A stretch of DNA of 57,726 nt, filler included, from Sphacelaria rigidula (taxonomy: Eukaryota), in assembly GCA_964200075.2 (NCBI GenBank). It is 7 parts of 7 records of this genome, joined end to end, with 100 filler letters (N's around TTAATTAATTAA, not from the genome) between each part and the next. Parts side by side here need not be neighbours in the genome. Positions count along the whole stretch, not along the records: positions 8,263 to 16,423 come from CAXNAA020012080.1; positions 16,524 to 24,684 come from CAXNAA020012081.1; positions 24,785 to 32,945 come from CAXNAA020012082.1; 4 more parts are not named here. One strand, 5' to 3'. Each line of letters begins with the position of its first letter. The first letter of the stretch is position 1. Positions 12,900 to 25,276 of this stretch are shown in pieces. Under the pieces are notes generated by a model. The model was not told where the DNA came from. It made no database searches and was given only the letters and a program-made list of their open reading frames with translations. Both the position numbers and the translations under genes were made by a program.

Positions 12900-13792
12900 G
12901 CCAAGGTGGACTTCATCGTTGCCGAACTACAACCCGCCGACGACCGCATGAAAGATGAAGCAGGTGCGGATACTTCATGCTGTAGTCGACTCTTTTTCAC
13001 TGTATTCAAAGTTGCCAAGATTGATTCACGCCCCTTCCTTGGTTCCCGTGGGACGTGCTTTTCCTGTTTCCTCACGGTGAACACGAGGAAGTGTTCTCCT
13101 TTTCAGCAGCGCCCTCTCCGTTACATCTTCTATACTTTTTCTCCTGCTGAAAATTGCTGTTTGTTACCGTCACTACTCCCGCAGTGCATATTCTACGTAG
13201 TGGGGCTGGGTTTGGGACCCCCGTCCACGCTGTGAAGTGCTTGCAGATTGCACAATCCGGCTTCAATCCTGGAGAAAGTGCGAGTGAGGAGGGATTAGTC
13301 GAAGGCTATGGCCTTCCCTTCAACATCGACCCGCCCGCAAACGCCCACATCCGACAACCTCATCCGGTTCTCGGAAAGTGCGCCGGACTGTACCTATCCC
13401 CCGACGGACCTCACGAAACAAATCACGGCCCGCAATGTCGAGCTTTTTTTGGTGGGCTAAGGACGTGCGACGAGTTGCCGGGCGTCAACCTCAACACCCA
13501 CTAGCGGAATCACGCCAAGAAGAAAACATTCCTGCGTTCTCTGAACGTGATGGGCTGTGATGCTTTTGCTTTTATGGTCACTCTTGTAAATGAGCTCGAG
13601 ATCCAGGCAATCAACCGCAGGACGGTGGATCGCCTCGTGTGCAACGTAGTTGGGCATCCCAAAGACAATCTCGTGGGATGCAAAATGGACATGTGGAGCT
13701 GCGGGCGGTGCTTTTGTAGGAATCCTCTGATGCGATCTTGTGATCGGTTCGGTAGAATTGCAGTAACGTTTCTGAGCGAAGACTTGTTGTAA
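12900..13792 (+). pseudogene. Spliced, decayed KDZ (Kyakuja-Dileera-Zisupton)-like transposase C-terminal fragment
   Basis: Exons 12900-12963 and 13185 onward are phase-compatible. They read ...DGPHETNHGPQCRAFF...LPGVNLNTH*RNH...LRSLNVMGCDAFAFMV...N, which resembles the D-x-x-H-x3-H-x3-C ... N-x3-E-x-N ... L-x2-M-x4-F pattern of KDZ-type transposases. One in-frame TAG at 13502. Recognised by eye only. Confidence 0.5.
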
Positions 13793-16700
13793 GGCGTACA
13801 GATGGTCTTTCTTGCTAGGAGCTCCTGTTATCGATGTATATGTCGATGTTTTGTACGGTCAGTATATGTGCTTCAGGGACGTATGGATGTGTTGAAGGAA
13901 TAATGGCGAACGATATTTGGTGAACACTACTACACCATCGGTTGCCTTGGCCCACGTGCATTGCATGCCCCGCTTGTAATAGCTGCACGACCTGGCCCGG
14001 TCGACGGTCGTTTTCTTTCGGTCGACCGGCTTTGCACACATGAAATTTCCGGACTTCACGAGCTACGTGTTGCCAAATACCACACCATGAATGCCAAAGA
14101 AGTGACCGAACTTCACGAGAAAAACGGACGTGAATAGTTGAAGCCATTTTAATTTGAAATGTTGTATTCCTTACATGAGTTATTCTACGACAACCTTCAC
14201 GAAAACAAAATGCGGCGCACGCCGGCTATTTTCATACCGCATAGCGACATTGGCGGATTTAATGACTACTGGAGCAATTTTGCAGCTGCTCTGTGCACAC
14301 ACGAGATTATTTTCTTCGTATAGTGTGACAGGTCCACGTGAAATTTTGTTTGGCGTATATTTCGTCAGAGTGGGCGCATTCCATTTTCTGTCTTGCAGTT
14401 GGTCGGTATTCGCGGGTATGGATGAATCCCGGGCGTCACCAGGCTAGCTGATCGTAATTGTGTATTTTCCTTTACATCACCTGCGATCACTATCTCAAAT
14501 GTCGGCACAAGGTTTAGGTCGGAAGTACGCCGGAAATAGCGGAAAGTTCAACGAAAAAAAACTCTCTCCGCCAAAATGCAGCGGATTCAAAAACGAACCA
14601 TCCCGCGGAAGAGGGAGGGGTGTACTCATGATGGTGCATACCGTAGTCATCAGACCATTGACGCCTGATCCCTATACAAAGCCGGGACGGGAGCACGCCG
14701 GGTTTTCGGCGGACCGGGCTTGCACTCAATCACCAAGCACGAAGCGCCGTCGTGTGTTCGGCGAGTCTCTTGAAGGGGGGAGGGGGGGGGGAGGGGGGGT
14801 GACTAACCCCACCAACATCGTGGGCTTAGAGGGAGGTGTGCCGAAGGACCTCGATTATTCGCGATTCGCTTTGTTGTTCCGGTGACTGCGGTATCTACCC
14901 TGTGTGAAGCAGTCTATAATTTATAGCAAACGCCTTCGAATAACATCATGACGAAGCATTTTTCCCGAAGAAAAAAAAACTCCACGCCTTCTTCGCTGTC
15001 GGTTTTGTTGTCTTCTCATTAAATACCGTTCCGATATCTGCGCGGTACATTCGTACTTGGCATATGATGTGGATCCCTTCCGTGGTCACAGCCTAGTTGC
15101 CTATAATGAGGGGAGAGGAAATCGAATAAAACCAATATGAAAAACAAAAATAGACTTGGAGAAAAACTCGCAAAACGCGATACAAGCGAAACAGAAATAA
15201 ATCATTAAGAAATAGGATACATGTGGCTAACGTAAGGAGATCCGCTGCCGCAGGTGGCCATTCCGGCTTCAGGGGGTGGCACTCGGCTTTCCAACTCGAC
15301 GATGATTCGAAAAGAGAACATAATTAAAACATCTAGCTCTAGTGACCAAAATAATGAGAGCTGGCACCTTTCGAATGTCCGCTCGACGGTCACTCACTGC
15401 TGACTCCGACGTCCTAGTGAGCATTCGTCTCAAGATTCGGGAACGTAGGCTGTACAAACCATTTCGTGACTATTCGACTACATTGGACTTTCGACCGCGG
15501 GTACGGAGTGTGTACATCGATCTAAAATGATACAAGACGGGACCAGCTGCCGGCTTCAAGCATAAGCCAACCTTAGCTCCGCGCCCATAGGGTAACTTGT
15601 GCATTGATGTGCGCAACTTGATTAAAGTATTGGACCCATATTTTTTCTCAAGTCATGACCTGAATAACGCCTGCTAATTCAAAAAACCATTGATGTGCAT
15701 TGATGTGCACAGCCAATCAGAGCCCACAGAAGAGAGAAGTATGGCACGAAGGTGCCGCGGCGTTGTTGAATTGATGGCGCAGCCGTGTGAGCGGCAGGGC
15801 AGTTTGGATAGCGATTTCGTTGTCTGTTTGATGATATGTGTGCACTTGTGAGGTGTTGTTTGGTGTAGCCGTGGCGCGCTTCCTCGCAGTGCACCGTTTT
15901 ATAGCGGAGCAAGGCAATTGTCACGAGGGATCTTGATGGGTTGAGCAGACGACGTACCCGAGTAGGGCGCTGCATCGCCGTGCTTTTCGTTATTCATTCA
16001 GACGTCACCCGCTGGTGTACAACTCTATCTGAACCTTCGCTCTCTGAATCTCAGCCCTAAACCCCAACTATAGAGCTTACAATATAGAGCCGCGGAGCCA
16101 TTCTGGCTCGACTAAACACTGGCTACAGTACTGGTTCCCGGACCGTTGGTTCCTGTCGGTACTTTGTACTGAACCGCACTGGCTCCTACCAGGCTGGTTG
16201 ACTATATGCCCGAGAATCTACGTATGAGATCTATGTCCAATACATAATCTGCACACTCCCCCATGATCGTATAGCGGTGACAGCAGAGAGCTGATACGAT
16301 CACACTCAACGTTCTAGATACGAGGCAAACGATTCTTTCCATTGAATGCCAAAGAAGCCACGTGGTGGACCTGGACCCTCCAGACTCGTCCCGACTTCCG
16401 GCGCCTTTTCCCTTCTGACATCCNNNNNNNNNNNNNNNNNNNNNNNNNNNNNNNNNNNNNNNNNNNNTTAATTAATTAANNNNNNNNNNNNNNNNNNNNN
16501 NNNNNNNNNNNNNNNNNNNNNNNAGGGGATTTGCGCCAACATGCGCATTCCAGCACTTGCTCTGTGCCGATGTCATGTGAAATGGATATGTGGATGTCTT
16601 GATTACGCAGCGCTCCTTTTGCGCTGCCATGGTGGTCAGCATGATACAAAAGGCAACGTGACGGTTCAACGCTGATAGCTCCGAACGTCTTGTGTCTTGT

Positions 16701-17639
16701 GTCGCAGAGGTGAAGTTTGCCGTTGACGGTTTGCTTTCAGGAGTGGAGAACACAAAAGTGATTTCTTCCACTCGTGTCACGACCCTGAGCCCATGGGGCC
16801 CATGAAGTAAGTGCTCTCCAAACCCACCATCACCGAACGGTGCGGGTATGCAATGAGCAGCCCAGCCGCACAGCGTGAATCGCTTTTTTTTCGTCAACGT
16901 CGTCTACATCATTCTCACTTTTTCCACGATGCTCGACACTTGTGCTATTTGTCCGAATATTTTCTGCTGCTTCGGTTTTGCGGTATGTGAGTAAAAGGGT
17001 TAAGTGGGGTTGGTGTTGTGGGTGACGCCGGCAACTGCTGCAGCTTTTCGTGTTCTTGACTGCCGATGTTGAGAAGGACGGTGAACGTGGGGTGGAACCG
17101 AGTGCAACAGCTAAACGATACAAGCACACAACGATATATCAGTGCAGTAGCCGGAGCAACTACATTCCCGCGACATCGACCACTCGCAGGCTTGTAAATA
17201 TGTACTGAAGTTAGAGTGTATTTCATATGAGCGGGGTCATTATTTGGAGATGACGTCTGTATTTGTGATTGATGCGATTGGCTAGATTACGAGTAATTTT
17301 TTCTGCAGTGGATAGTGGTCGGTCCACTTTACCGATATTTAGTGCCCAAAATAGGGCCCCATTCACCTCCATAACTGTGCATACATTTTGGGCCAAGAGC
17401 GGAAGTCGTCTTGACTGATGTCGGGGATTAAACCTATCTGTTTCCCTACTCCTTTTCCTCCATATGAGGTACATTTAGTACCCCCTCATTGTCCGTTTCT
17501 GGGTATTATATGCACCCGTCGGAGCAGCAATCGTGATCCTTCGATTTCAAGCGCAGCTGACGACCGGTCAACAAGAACTTGAACGAAGATCAAGTCGTGT
17601 CGATCCGAATTTCGATCATGATTCTTCGAGGCCGCTCCT

Positions 17640-18080
17640 TATAGCAATTAAAAAAGAGTCCCGTGAAAATGCTTTGTTCGTCCTTCTGCGTCGTTTCATG
17701 CCCTAAAAGAGAGCTAGATGGAGTTTGACACCTTGGAGTGACTTGCTCTACTAGTTGAGGTGGTTCCAGGACATCCTCCCGTTTTCCAATGGCCGCAGTT
17801 GTTATTTTGGCCAAACAAGCATTTTGTCCAGAGATGGTCAAGCCCAGAGAAAAATGAAAGTTTTTCTAGATTTGATTGTTCTTGACCATTCTTGGACAAA
17901 AATTCAAGTTTAGCCAAAGTAAAAATTGCGGCTACCGGACAACGCGGAGATCTCCTAGAACCGTCTCAACGAGTAGATCAAGTCACCCCAAGGCGTCAAA
18001 CTCCGCCTAGGTTTCTATTAGGGCGTCAGACGACGAAGGAAGATAAAAAAAGCATTCTCACAGAACTTTCTTTTAGTTTG
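17640..18080. repeat. Long foldback palindrome with ~200-bp arms centred near 17860
   Basis: Arms are reverse complements (TTTGACACCTTGGAGTGACTTGCTCTACT vs AGTAGATCAAGTCACCCCAAGGCGTCAAA). Mirror ORFs 17590..17841(-) and 17892..18113(+). A related arm lies at ~11610-11715. Confidence 0.85.
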
Positions 18081-18109
18081 TTAGAAACGCAAGTGCTGAT
18101 TCTTCTTTT

Positions 18110-18219
18110 GTGAATCTTTGTGAATCGGCATCATTTTGACTTGAAAATGACTGAAAATGACGCCGATTCACCAAAACAAAAATCACCACTCCCTGGAGGT
18201 CTAGTTCCCAAAGGGTTAA
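18110..18219. mobile_element. piggyBac-like MITE fragment
   Basis: Body matches 5020-5095 (GTGAATCGGCATCATTTTGAC...GCCGATTC) and ends in CCCAAAGGG-TTAA. Confidence 0.65.
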
Positions 18220-19697
18220 GGAGCGGCCTGAGTGGGGAATGAAAAAAAACATCCCACAGTAGCGGACTGTTGAGTGGGGGACACAAAAACTTGTTATTAT
18301 CTCTCATTATTTTTCGCTCGTAACTGGGAGTCTGATAAAATACCAAAACCCATTCTCACAGATTGAAGGAAATAATCAGACCGGTGTACGGGAACATACG
18401 CGGTACCATGTCGTTTTCATTGCAACCAACTCAGAAACCCTAAGCCAGGACACACACAGCACTACACCAACGCCGTGCGAGTATCTAGTGCTTGCGGTCC
18501 ATCTTGACGCCCATCGAAATGTAGCTCTTGATTGAACGAGCACGGTGTACGTTTTCGGGTTGGATCCAGTGAGGGTTGAATGAGAACCGTTGTGTTCAGT
18601 AGCCGTGACACAATCAAAGCAAGGTAAAAGGTGGGCGAATTCGCCCATTTCCATTTTATATTGCCGCGCGACTTGGCATTGCTCATGCCCTGCTGAACCT
18701 ATTTCCGTGAACTAGGGTTCATTTTATGAAGCTGAGAAAGGGATATCGTTAGATCAAGTACGCTTGGGCTTGGGGGTCCACAAGGGCTGGCAAGCGCAGT
18801 TGTACATCAAAGAATCCCCACCTTTTCACGGGGCCGTAGCACTTCACTCGTGACGATCCCGAGGAAGTTACCAGTCGACTGGACTCAAAAATCGCTTTGT
18901 CAAAGTTCGGGTCAAGACTCGTCCCTGTACTTCTGCGACGATCGAGATCCGAGCGGGCAACTTCCTGACCGCAGGTCTCAGTGATCGGTACTGCTTCATG
19001 CACCTCAATCACCCCCACGATGAGTTTGGGCTCGTTAGTCAGTGCCACCCCACTCACCCACCATTGGCCTGGCTGTTATGGCCCGGGTCATCCCACCTCA
19101 AGCCATGAAGAACCGGCACGTGCGGTATCGACTTGCGACACTGTTCCTGCTCTAGTTGCACTACACCATACTGCTCCAGTCTGCTCAGCTGCAGCTGTCA
19201 GTCCGTCCATGGCAAACCAGAACAACTTCCAGATGAGAGTTGTCACCTCGGCAGGCCTCCACGTGCGCCTGGTGGGATATGCATTATTCATTGTACATTG
19301 ATTTCAGTTGGCTACAATGGGGGCATGCCCTCACGCGTTATTGACATGTAACGGCCACCTCTTCATTTTGTGCATGCCTGTAACAATCAACTCAGCCCAC
19401 AACCGTTTACCCTTGGGATGCCCCGGCTCTTGTCCCCCACCATGTGAAATTTGAACCCTTAACTGGCGCAATGGCAGAGGCGCCTATGTTCCCTGTTTTC
19501 TCCTTGTTTAACGATTTCAAGTGTAGTCGCCCTCATCTATCGGCTACTATCTGTCAAAGGCTGCTTTCGGATATCGCTGCTTGTTCCCGATCGAAGCCTG
19601 CCTCAGCGGGGACAATGCTGCAGTTACAACCTAAACTTTCAGCGTTCGTTACTCATTCAACGTGTGCGCCGTGCTTGTGAAAACATACCGTGTTCAG

Positions 19698-22600
19698 CCG
19701 CATCGAGGTGTCGGCCGTGGGACCACAACGAGTACACCCAACGGCTCAAGACTTTCACGCCACTGAATTGGTTCGGTAAACCAGCCTCCGCCTCTCCGCC
19801 CATGTGCGCTCGCTTCGGGTGGATCAACCGAGGACGAGATACCCTAGTGTGTGAATGGTGAGTCGCACAGTCCAGAACGATACGACGCGGCCAAAAATAA
19901 GCTACTGTGAACATATTTCCATGTTGCCTCATCTCCCTCCAACTCCGTTAAACCGGTATGCTGTTGTACCTTAACCAGGAATAGAAAATGAACAGTCTAC
20001 CATATGTCTAGAGCATGTCGCAGCTTCTTCTTGTACGCGCTCTCTCCCCGTCCCCGCCCTTGTGCTCCAGCTGCGATGCCCAGATGCGTTACTCACCAGA
20101 AACCCAAACCGAGAAAGCTCAGCAGCACGGCAACGGCGACATCTCACAGGAGCTAGATGGAGGCGTCTGTGGAGGAGCATCTCAAGGGAGCAAGAAGGCC
20201 TCGATTTTCGAACGGCTTTCTTCGGACCACCATGATCTGTGTCCATGGAAGGGAAACCCCTGCCCCAAGGAGTTTTTACAGCTGCCTACGCTGGCCGGAG
20301 AAGACTGGCGCGCAGGCGAGTTTGATGCTTGGGATGTTTGAGTCAGCACTTACTGAAGCCCGTCTTGTTATCGTGACGTCTAAACTCAGCTTCGTGATCT
20401 GGACGTCACGCGCGCAATATGGACTCCGCTATGATTTAGGCATTCATCGTAACTCGCGTGCATGCTCAAAATACATACTGTGTACTTACTGTCCCCAGCC
20501 TATTCCCGTGTCGGATTCCAAGCTAGAAGATCACTCTGGCTTCCGATTACACATTCATCCTGATGTGTTTTGGGCACCCAATTGACGGCGAACAGTTAGA
20601 TTTCAAGGCATGAGTGTGTGCCAATGTGTCTCCGTGAACTGGCATTTTATTGTGTTTTTTTGTTTTCGTCTCTCGCAGATTTTTTGTCGCGATTGAAGAG
20701 TCTGCTGCCGCTCAGCAACGCTCGTGCGCTTCCAGAACCATCCCTACCGGTCGACTTCCCAGAGCACTGCCCGGGCGGACTGGAAACATTGATAAACAAA
20801 GCCAGAAGTCTCGACTCAGAGGGCCCCGCAAAGTCGTTGGCTGTCGGTCAAACGTCGAGCGCTGCAGGTACACGTGCATTGGAACACGTTCGAGACAAAA
20901 TAGTGGCCGCAGCCGCTGTGATTTCTGTGTTTGGCTGGCAGTTAGCGCCCACGGCACCGCCGGACGTATCTTCTGCATCGCCTCAGAGCAAAGGAAGGGG
21001 TAGCTCGACTATTGGTGACGCAGGAGGTAGGGTCCGAAAAAGGGACGATGCTTCACCGTCCCCAGCAGCTAGCGGCAAGCTCAGGCTCTGGTGTTCGGCG
21101 TGCAATCGACGGGTTTTGAGCGACAATTTCTTGGCGGTAGAAACAGCCTCCAGCCGTGCCTCAGGTGCTGCCGAGGCCGCTTTGAGCACGGCATCTGGGA
21201 AGGGGGGAGGCAACAAGGGCACCAAACGGCGACGCTTGTCGGGAGGAGGAACCCCGCTGAAAGCTATGGATCTGGCAGGGGAGCATCGTTCGTTTTGCCC
21301 ATGGACAAATGTGCACCCTCTGGCAGAAGGTGAGACGAGTTGGTGGAAAAGCATTTATACGGCGCTGACAATATCTGTTGCACGTTTGTGCTGTAGTGGG
21401 TCCGTCCAGCGTCGTGGCTGTGGGCGACTGTGCGGCCAGGCAACGTGCAAGCGGTGTAGTTGTGCATGGCACAGGCGATACACGCTCGCTGCTGGCGCTC
21501 CACGTTTGAATACCCCACTTGTGTTTTCACCGGCAGTCCCGCAAGGTGCTTCAATTGCGGCTGAAAATATGCTTGATCAGCAGCACACTATGTGGGGGCT
21601 GTTTGGGGTAACAGGAGTACATAACGGTGATCAATTTCAATCGGTTCCTGTACAGAGTAGACGTGACTACTGTATCTGTCACGTCATTCAGGGTGCTCGA
21701 TGCATGGGGTGAGAGTTGAGCGTGCTCTGACAGACTGGCGAACGGGTCATCCCAGAATTTTAGTCAAGAGTCATTTCTATGAAGTCATTTCGAAGAAGAG
21801 TTGGGAGACGAATGGGTGAAAGGGATCCCGTGAAAATATGGGAACGAATGGTATCCCAGACACTGACCACCTCAGACTTTGCTTCACAAATATATGTAAG
21901 AAATTCCGTTCCCTAACTGTTGAAAATGGCGTGAGAAATTGAACCCAACGCGAAATTTCTTGCAAGAGTGCGGAAACTATGGGTGAAGTTATATCAGTAA
22001 AGCGCATTTATTTGGCCATGAGTGATGGTGCGTGCGGCTCGATCCATTGGACGTGGTGTCCGGAGTGCTTTCTCGAACCATGTGTGGACGGCGTAACGCG
22101 CTCCGCCCTTACCGCGGTGGTACACGACCATTTGTGCTGCTTATCAAGCTCGAAAAAACGCGGGGTATGTACGAAGCACAGCCACAACGGATCGGTGTAA
22201 TTTCCGGGATTTTCCACCTCATTACATCTCTCGCACTAAGAAATTTAATGTCTCTCTGTTTTCACACCGCTGGCGACCCACCACGATCCGGCGACAAGAA
22301 GGAGACTGCAGAAGGCGCCCGCAGTAAAGAAACGACAACATTTGGTCGAGGCTGAATTTTCTATTTCAAGGGTGCGCGCCAACTGCATTTCCCAAGTGAC
22401 AGTTTCTTGTGGTTCTGTGGGCCCATCAACCGTATACTCCCGGTTCTTGGTTCTTTTGTCGTCCATCCGTGCACAGCAAGAATTGCGCCTCAAATTGATT
22501 TCGTAACCGTGTAGACAAGACGCGCAGCAGTGGCAATACCAGAGCGCGCCTACAGCGAGTACCCCATACTACCACCTGCGATGCTCGCTGTTGCTCTATA

Positions 22601-23327
22601 GTTGTTACAGAGTGAAGATGTTTCTGATCCGATTTACACTGTAAACCGCTGTACATCATGTAGCTGTGTCCGCCATGCGTTGGTCAGGGCTGACGAAAGG
22701 CTGTAGTAATGGTAACGGCAATAGTAATAGCAATATTATTTGTAATAGCTATCCCTCAAGGTACCCGTAACTGTTACCACGGAGCAGCGTACTCCTCATT
22801 ACGCCGAAAGGTTCGCCAGGCGGAGCATCGACCAACTTAGTTGTCGTTTTTCCGCGGGCCAGCCTCCAGTGATGAGGATGACAGTGATAAGAATGGCATC
22901 AATCTGGTCGAGACCACGGTAGAGTCTACTAGCGAGCGGCTCTGTTTGCTGATTGCTACGGCCACTCTCAGCGCCTTTGGTACTCTTGTATCCACTTAGC
23001 ACTTGACATCTTTCCGTTTACCGCAATACCCTTTCCTGAAGAGTGCCCAATGACTCGTGGACGCTGCAAGCAACCTATCCCGCCCTCGTAGGTACATGGC
23101 ATAGGCTCTTCGCAACATTACCTGTGTAGCGCCTGTAGTTTGATCTCCGCCGGCGTTGTGCATCGACTATTTTGTGGCGTGCCGCAGGTGAAACATGGTC
23201 TCCAGATGTGGTGCCAGGGTGGAGGCAGGTGTTGGAATCGGTTGTGTCTTGGGAGGAGCCATCGGTAGATGCAGCAAGGAAAGTCAACGCAGAGAGCGAA
23301 GCTTTTGATGAGGCAGCTGGCGACAAG
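19698..23327 (+). CDS. ZC3HC1: C3HC zinc-finger protein, NIPA/ZC3HC1/Rsm1 family (partial, four exons)
   Basis: Exons 19698-19857, 20071-20315, 20679-21329 and 23188-23327 join in phase. zf-C3HC motifs: RPWDHNEYTQRLKTF...WFGKP...SPPMCARFGW...LVCECC, HHDLCPWKGNPCP. Second (Rsm1-like) finger: SVFGW...LWCSACNRRV...EHRSFCPW...PGWRQVL. Start and stop exons not identified. Confidence 0.88.
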
Positions 23328-25276
23328 GTGTGTTGCAGATTTCAATCAGTGGTGAACACAAGTGGGGGGGATACATGTCTCAAGTCAAGTGTTATACCGC
23401 TCATTCAACTGATCGGCCTAGAGCGAATATCACCACATTGGCCGAAAAGTAGCTCGTGCAACCGCAGTAGCTGCAAAGTAACCTAGCCCACACGGATAGC
23501 TCGGTGAGCGACTGTAGTAGAGCCTTTCTTACAATACCTGTTTCCATCGAAAGTAGGGTGGTCGCAGGCAAGTCAGCACACCAGCCCGTCTCTTCTTTGT
23601 TTTTATTCACCACGTCAGATGGATTCCTCTGGTTTGTTTTCAACTCATGTCTACTGTAACTGGAACGAATCATCCTGCGAAAGGGGGAGGGGCGGGGTGG
23701 GGGGGGGGCATTTTGGGTCATTCCTTGCACGGAATTTCACTTCAAATCGTCGTTGAAAGGAGCAGCTTTTGTTCAAAGGCGCTCGATACCAATGACACAC
23801 TCTCTCATACCAGTACTGCTTGACACCGTTTTTACCCAAACACAAGCGCACCACCGTGAGTATGTTGGGTCGTCTGACACCTGAGGTCGGATGTTATGAC
23901 AACAGATCTTTTGCCCACAGAATTTGGAATCCTGGTGAAACAAATCCGCGGCAAATTTGGTTTCGGGAACGATATTATGGCAGCACACAGATTTTCATAC
24001 CATACTGTTCTGATTAGTATATCTCCACCAGGGTTTCGAGTTTTATGTTAAGCGTGTTTCAACAGCTCACAGTCCCGTAGATGTTTCGTGTGCTGTTGCG
24101 TCCTGTAGTAATGTAGCGTCACTGCCGCAGAGAGGTCATCACCACCCCACTAACACCAGTGCCGGTTCTTTCGAGCACATGAGTAAGCAACCATGCCCCC
24201 CTCGTTCTTGCTAAAGTTGAATCCTTCATCGAAGGATCGCAGAACTACCCGCCAAACAGCGACAGTGCGCATCACATGTCTACTCTCCCAACGTCTCTGC
24301 AATGCTTTCGCCAGGAGACCGACGAGCAAGGCGTGTCGTTTTTTGTCTCGTACGCGCGAAGCGGGCTTCATAGCGTGTCGGCTGCGGTGTGTGGTTTACT
24401 TCGTTTGTTGTTGGTTGTTATCGACAGGATCACTCACAAAGGCGCAGCCAGCACGTCGGCACATCCAAGGAAAACGCGGCGTGACCCCATCATGACTGTC
24501 TGCCGGCCAAAACGCAAAAATCCGTGTGCAAAAATCTGTGTTTGCCGACCCCCGCCAGTTTGCCCAAAAATCTGCGGGACTTGGGCCCCGAATCTTGGCC
24601 ACGGATTTTTTCACCCAAAATTTCGATACATCTGTACCCATAACATGGGTGTCACACGAATTTTGAAGATCCGGGGCCGAAGATNNNNNNNNNNNNNNNN
24701 NNNNNNNNNNNNNNNNNNNNNNNNNNNNTTAATTAATTAANNNNNNNNNNNNNNNNNNNNNNNNNNNNNNNNNNNNNNNNNNNNCCATTTTTCGTACCTT
24801 TCTTAGGCAAAAAACAAGAAGGTATACCTTTTCTAGGCCATTGCCCATATATCACCTAAAACCATGAAGCACGGTCATGCCGGGTTGAGCTACAATACGT
24901 GCCCAATTTGGCTTAATCGCATAGGACATGTCAGGACAGGACAGGACAGGACAGAGTAAAACAATCTACGGCTAACTTGTTTTCGTCGCCTGAACATGTT
25001 CCGTGCGAGTCGCGAGTATTCACAGATACTCCCACATCTTTTGAGGAGAGACACACTTGAAGCAAGTATGGCCGGTCAAAGACAATGGGTCTCTTGGCTG
25101 GAATGTTGAAGTACTGTGCAATGTTTACATCGGTCGACCTCTCCTGTACCATGTACATATGTACACCGTAGCTATTGTGACGGATGTTTGTATCTGTGCT
25201 GTGTGGTAGGGTGGTGTTTATGTCTAGTACTCATTGAGTCCTCCCACGCGTTTGTTCCCGTGTCTTTTGTCACCAG

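Noticed and set aside
24131..24214. Candidate last exon of the NIPA-like gene
   Set aside because: The acceptor is plausible, but the peptide shows no family similarity, so it was left unassigned.
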